Assembly: GCF_039654945.1 (NCBI RefSeq)
Contig: NW_027361696.1
Span: forward strand, 14,570,001-14,634,000
DNA: 64,000 nt
From: Dendrobates tinctorius
Lineage: Eukaryota
Reading direction: 5' to 3'
The notes below the pieces were generated by a model that worked only from the letters and a program-made list of their open reading frames with translations, had not been told where the DNA came from and searched no databases. Positions 62,101 to 64,000 of the stretch are shown here, piece after piece. A program made the position numbers and the translations under genes. Each line of letters begins with the position of its first letter. Within the stretch, counting starts at the first letter, position 1.

Positions 62101-63902
62101 AAGAAGATGATTGAGCGGCTGCAGGGCGACAGCAGGGACAAGGAGCTGACGATCCGACAGCTGCAAGAGCAGGTATGGGGGTCGGGCATCCAGGAGATGA
62201 GTGGCATTTATAGGAAGGGGTTAAACACGAGCTTCACTATGAAGCTTTTCATAAAAGTTGATTAACCCTTGTGTGTAATCTGTATTACATCAGATATCGT
62301 GCTCTAGTCACAGCCAGAGCTGCTTGCACAATCAGCTGGCTTCCCATTTTTTCTGCCCCAACTGGTTCTCTGTGGCACATGCTGCATTGTAGATGTAATG
62401 GCAGTACTAGTAATGCTCCATCCAGCACGGTGGCAGCGGAAAGGTGCTGCACTGATGTCTGTGGAGATCTGAGGGCATACACTGGTTCCAGGACCAGGGG
62501 ATGTGACTGTGTTCATCTGGCTCTTGCAGGAGAAGAGTCGGGTGGACGAGCGAGTGACACTGGTAGGAGAAGAGGTGGAAGCACTGAGGTGTGAGAGTGA
62601 GACGCTGCAGGAGACGCTGCGGGAGCTGACGCAGGTACGAGCCGTGCAGGGAGGTCTGTGTACGGCTGACGCCCACCATATGCCCTAAGAGATCTTGTGA
62701 TGCCCCCTTAGAATTGTTTCCTCGGGACATTAATCGGTGATGGATTTGGTCAGTGCCGTTCCGGTTGTCCTACACTTTCCTCTGTGTGTTTCTTTCCCCT
62801 GTCTGGATCTGTGGCTGTTTACTTACCCCGTACACACTTACTGTCCGGCCATGTGATTGTAGGTAATGGGTCCTTCCTTGTGCTGTCTCCTCCAGGCCGT
62901 CCTCAGTGATGCAGACAGTGGCCTTCAGCTCTCCACAAGTGAAAAGACCTTTGAGCTTCTGGACAGTGAGGGTCCAGGTCTCAGCCTGAGGGGTCTCTCC
63001 AGCAGCCTGCGCACATCCTCTCCCATCCGCCGCCCCTCTCCAAACCGCAGCAGCTCCCCGAGACGCAGCCTGTCTCCGGCCTTCCGCGACTCTGCGCTTT
63101 CTGCCGTGCACTCCGCTCTCCAGAGGCGACAGCTCCAGATCCAGGTACATTGTGTCCTGGTGGTCCATGCCCTGATCCTCTGCATGCGGTCAGGATGAAT
63201 TCCATCCCTCTGTGGCAGCTGGCAATGAAACCTCTTGGAGGCGCCACTGTGCTCTGCACTGCATTTCCCGGCGCACCGCTGCTTGCACATGATTGACTTG
63301 CAGTCTTGTCTTGCGCCATTCTTGCCCTCACTTCTTTCTTTGGATCATTAGTTAGTTTTGCTCTGATTGAACTGATTGTTGGCAGGAGCTGCAGGGGCGA
63401 CTGGAGGCTGGACAGGAGACAGTGGGCATGCTGCGGAAACAGCTGAGTGACAGCGAGAACGACCGCAGGGTCCTGGAGCAGAAAATAACGCAACTGAAAA
63501 AAGACCTGGACTCGTCCACTATGAGTAAAGACGACGCAGAGCTGACACTCTCCAGACTCCGCAGCAACATAGAGCGGCTGAACAGGTGCAGACGCTGGCG
63601 GGCCATGCAGATGCTGGCGGGCCATGCAGACACTACACCATGTTCTCTGTGCGCCCCATACAAGGCCCAGACGTGATGGACACGATCTATTGATGTCTCA
63701 TGGAGCTTTGTCTTTGCAGAGACCGCACCGCCCTGGAGCGCAGCATCCACGATCTGCAGGACCAGCGGGAGACGCAGCGTCAGGAGGCTGAGAAGCTGCA
63801 GCTAGCCAACAGCGACCTAAAGCGGCAGAGAGACCTCTTACAGGAGGAGAAGGATGACACCTGCCAGGACCGTGACCGAGCCCAGCGAGAGGTGGACAGA
63901 GG
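50080..63902 (+). CDS. CROCC: Rootletin (ciliary rootlet coiled-coil), exons 1-14, 3'-partial
   Basis: Phase-consistent GT-AG exons encoding MSAAEQTLEAVIQ...LPARIREIVTRNLS...LLSLQEENRILQQELSRVEDMLAQSRAERDELAIKYNAISER...KLQAYQEGQQRQAQLVQKLQ...SFNAYFSNEHSRLL..., recognisable as rootletin; syntenic with NECAP2. Confidence 0.96.
50260..50401 (+). CDS. CROCC: CROCC exon 2
   Basis: ALSAQVLG...LPARIREIVTRNLSPPPDS. Confidence 0.9.
50490..50700. repeat. Short C-run minisatellite in CROCC intron 2
   Basis: (C)n-GTGTCTCGTGTCGCGGTG repeated ~6 times. Confidence 0.85.
51101..51249 (+). CDS. CROCC: CROCC exon 3
   Basis: LAEDMSTLLSLQEEN...KYNAISER. Confidence 0.93.
51536..52320. repeat. 45-bp AT-rich satellite in CROCC intron 3, spans an assembly gap
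   Basis: Unit TGTACAGCTGGTATAACCTGGGCATCTCCTGTATATAATTATATA; N run 51991-52124. Confidence 0.95.
52410..57904 (+). mobile_element. Near full-length decayed L1 LINE
   Basis: ORF1 DLENRSRRNNLRFRGIPES; ORF2 endonuclease NVKGLN...VQETH, RT DQVGF, GCPLSPLIF, LFADDI, C-terminal CWRC; many stops; TSD core TAAATATATTTT at 52393-52404 / 57905-57916. Confidence 0.92.
56346..56573 (+). mobile_element. tRNA-derived SINE (V-SINE-like) with L2-type tail
   Basis: A box TGGCTCAGTGG 56357-56367, B box GGTTCGAATCC 56388-56398, core GGAGTTTGTATGTTCTCCCCGTGTTTGTGTGGGTTTCCTC, tail stem-loop and (ATT)n. Confidence 0.88.
57949..58792. mobile_element. Tc2/pogo-type MITE with internal 184-bp palindrome
   Basis: TA TSD; TIRs CCGTATTTTTCGGACCATAAGACGCAC / GTGTCTTATAGTCCGAAAAATACGG. 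Confidence 0.88.
60140..60331 (+). CDS. CROCC: CROCC exon 4
   Basis: LEQNLRLETGE...LVQKLQAK. Confidence 0.95.
60406..60489 (+). CDS. CROCC: CROCC exon 5
   Basis: VLQYKKRCGEVEQQLLERSTELEQERLS. Confidence 0.95.
60715..60990. repeat. Diverged short tandem repeat in CROCC intron 5
   Basis: Recurrent ATAAAACCCGCACC...GAAGCGACACG modules. Confidence 0.75.
61049..61146 (+). CDS. CROCC: CROCC exon 6
   Basis: GRLELTDSRLRQEEESSNELENVLIRLEEEQQ. Confidence 0.88.
61343..61508 (+). CDS. CROCC: CROCC exon 7
   Basis: SASLTQVNVMLREQLDQA...WRREEE. Confidence 0.95.
61610..61716 (+). CDS. CROCC: CROCC exon 8
   Basis: SFNAYFSNEHSRLLSLWRQVVGFRRHFSEMKTMTE. Confidence 0.95.
61787..62008 (+). CDS. CROCC: CROCC exon 9
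   Basis: DLSVMQKELS...EKAELSA. Confidence 0.93.
62088..62172 (+). CDS. CROCC: CROCC exon 10
   Basis: VAEMKKMIERLQGDSRDKELTIRQLQEQ. Confidence 0.9.
62530..62634 (+). CDS. CROCC: CROCC exon 11
   Basis: EKSRVDER...LQETLRELTQ. Confidence 0.9.
62896..63144 (+). CDS. CROCC: CROCC exon 12
   Basis: AVLSDADSGLQLS...SPRRSLSPAF...HSALQRRQLQIQ. Confidence 0.95.
63386..63585 (+). CDS. CROCC: CROCC exon 13
   Basis: ELQGRLEAGQETVGMLRKQLSDSENDRR... Confidence 0.93.
63720..63902 (+). CDS. CROCC: CROCC exon 14
   Basis: DRTALERSIHDLQ...AQREVDR, donor GTGAGC. Confidence 0.92.
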
Positions 63903-64000
63903 GTGAGCGCATGAGGGTGCACTGGGGACCACACAAAAAAGACCCCAGAAGAGTCACAGGCACATTTGGAGGGGTCGGTAGAAAGTGGTCCCAGTGGGCA

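Overview
Eukaryotic (vertebrate) genomic DNA, most likely a frog judging from the repeat families (inference). Three spliced + strand genes can be reconstructed exon by exon with GT-AG junctions and consistent phases: SZRD1 (4 exons, 152 aa), NECAP2 (8 exons, 252 aa) and the first 14 exons of CROCC/rootletin (runs off the window). This is the conserved SZRD1-(SPATA21)-NECAP2-CROCC order, but SPATA21 is not recognisable. The rest is nested transposons (four Tc1 copies, one with an open 340-aa DD34E ORF; a decayed full-length L1; L2, CR1, V-SINE, Helitron, hAT, Harbinger, TTAA-type and Tc2-type MITEs; Penelope remnants; an LTR end with a tRNA-Leu PBS) and about ten minisatellites, which explain nearly all long ORFs in the track. 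Most interesting: several minimal type I hammerhead-ribozyme motifs in Penelope-like sequence, a decayed duplicate of the CROCC exon-3 region whose exon was replaced by a hammerhead-bearing insert, a 45-bp satellite hit by four independent insertions, a fold-back hAT (hATm-like) element, and an AUGA-overlapping uORF plus an X-box at CROCC. All coordinates were read by eye; no database searches were run.
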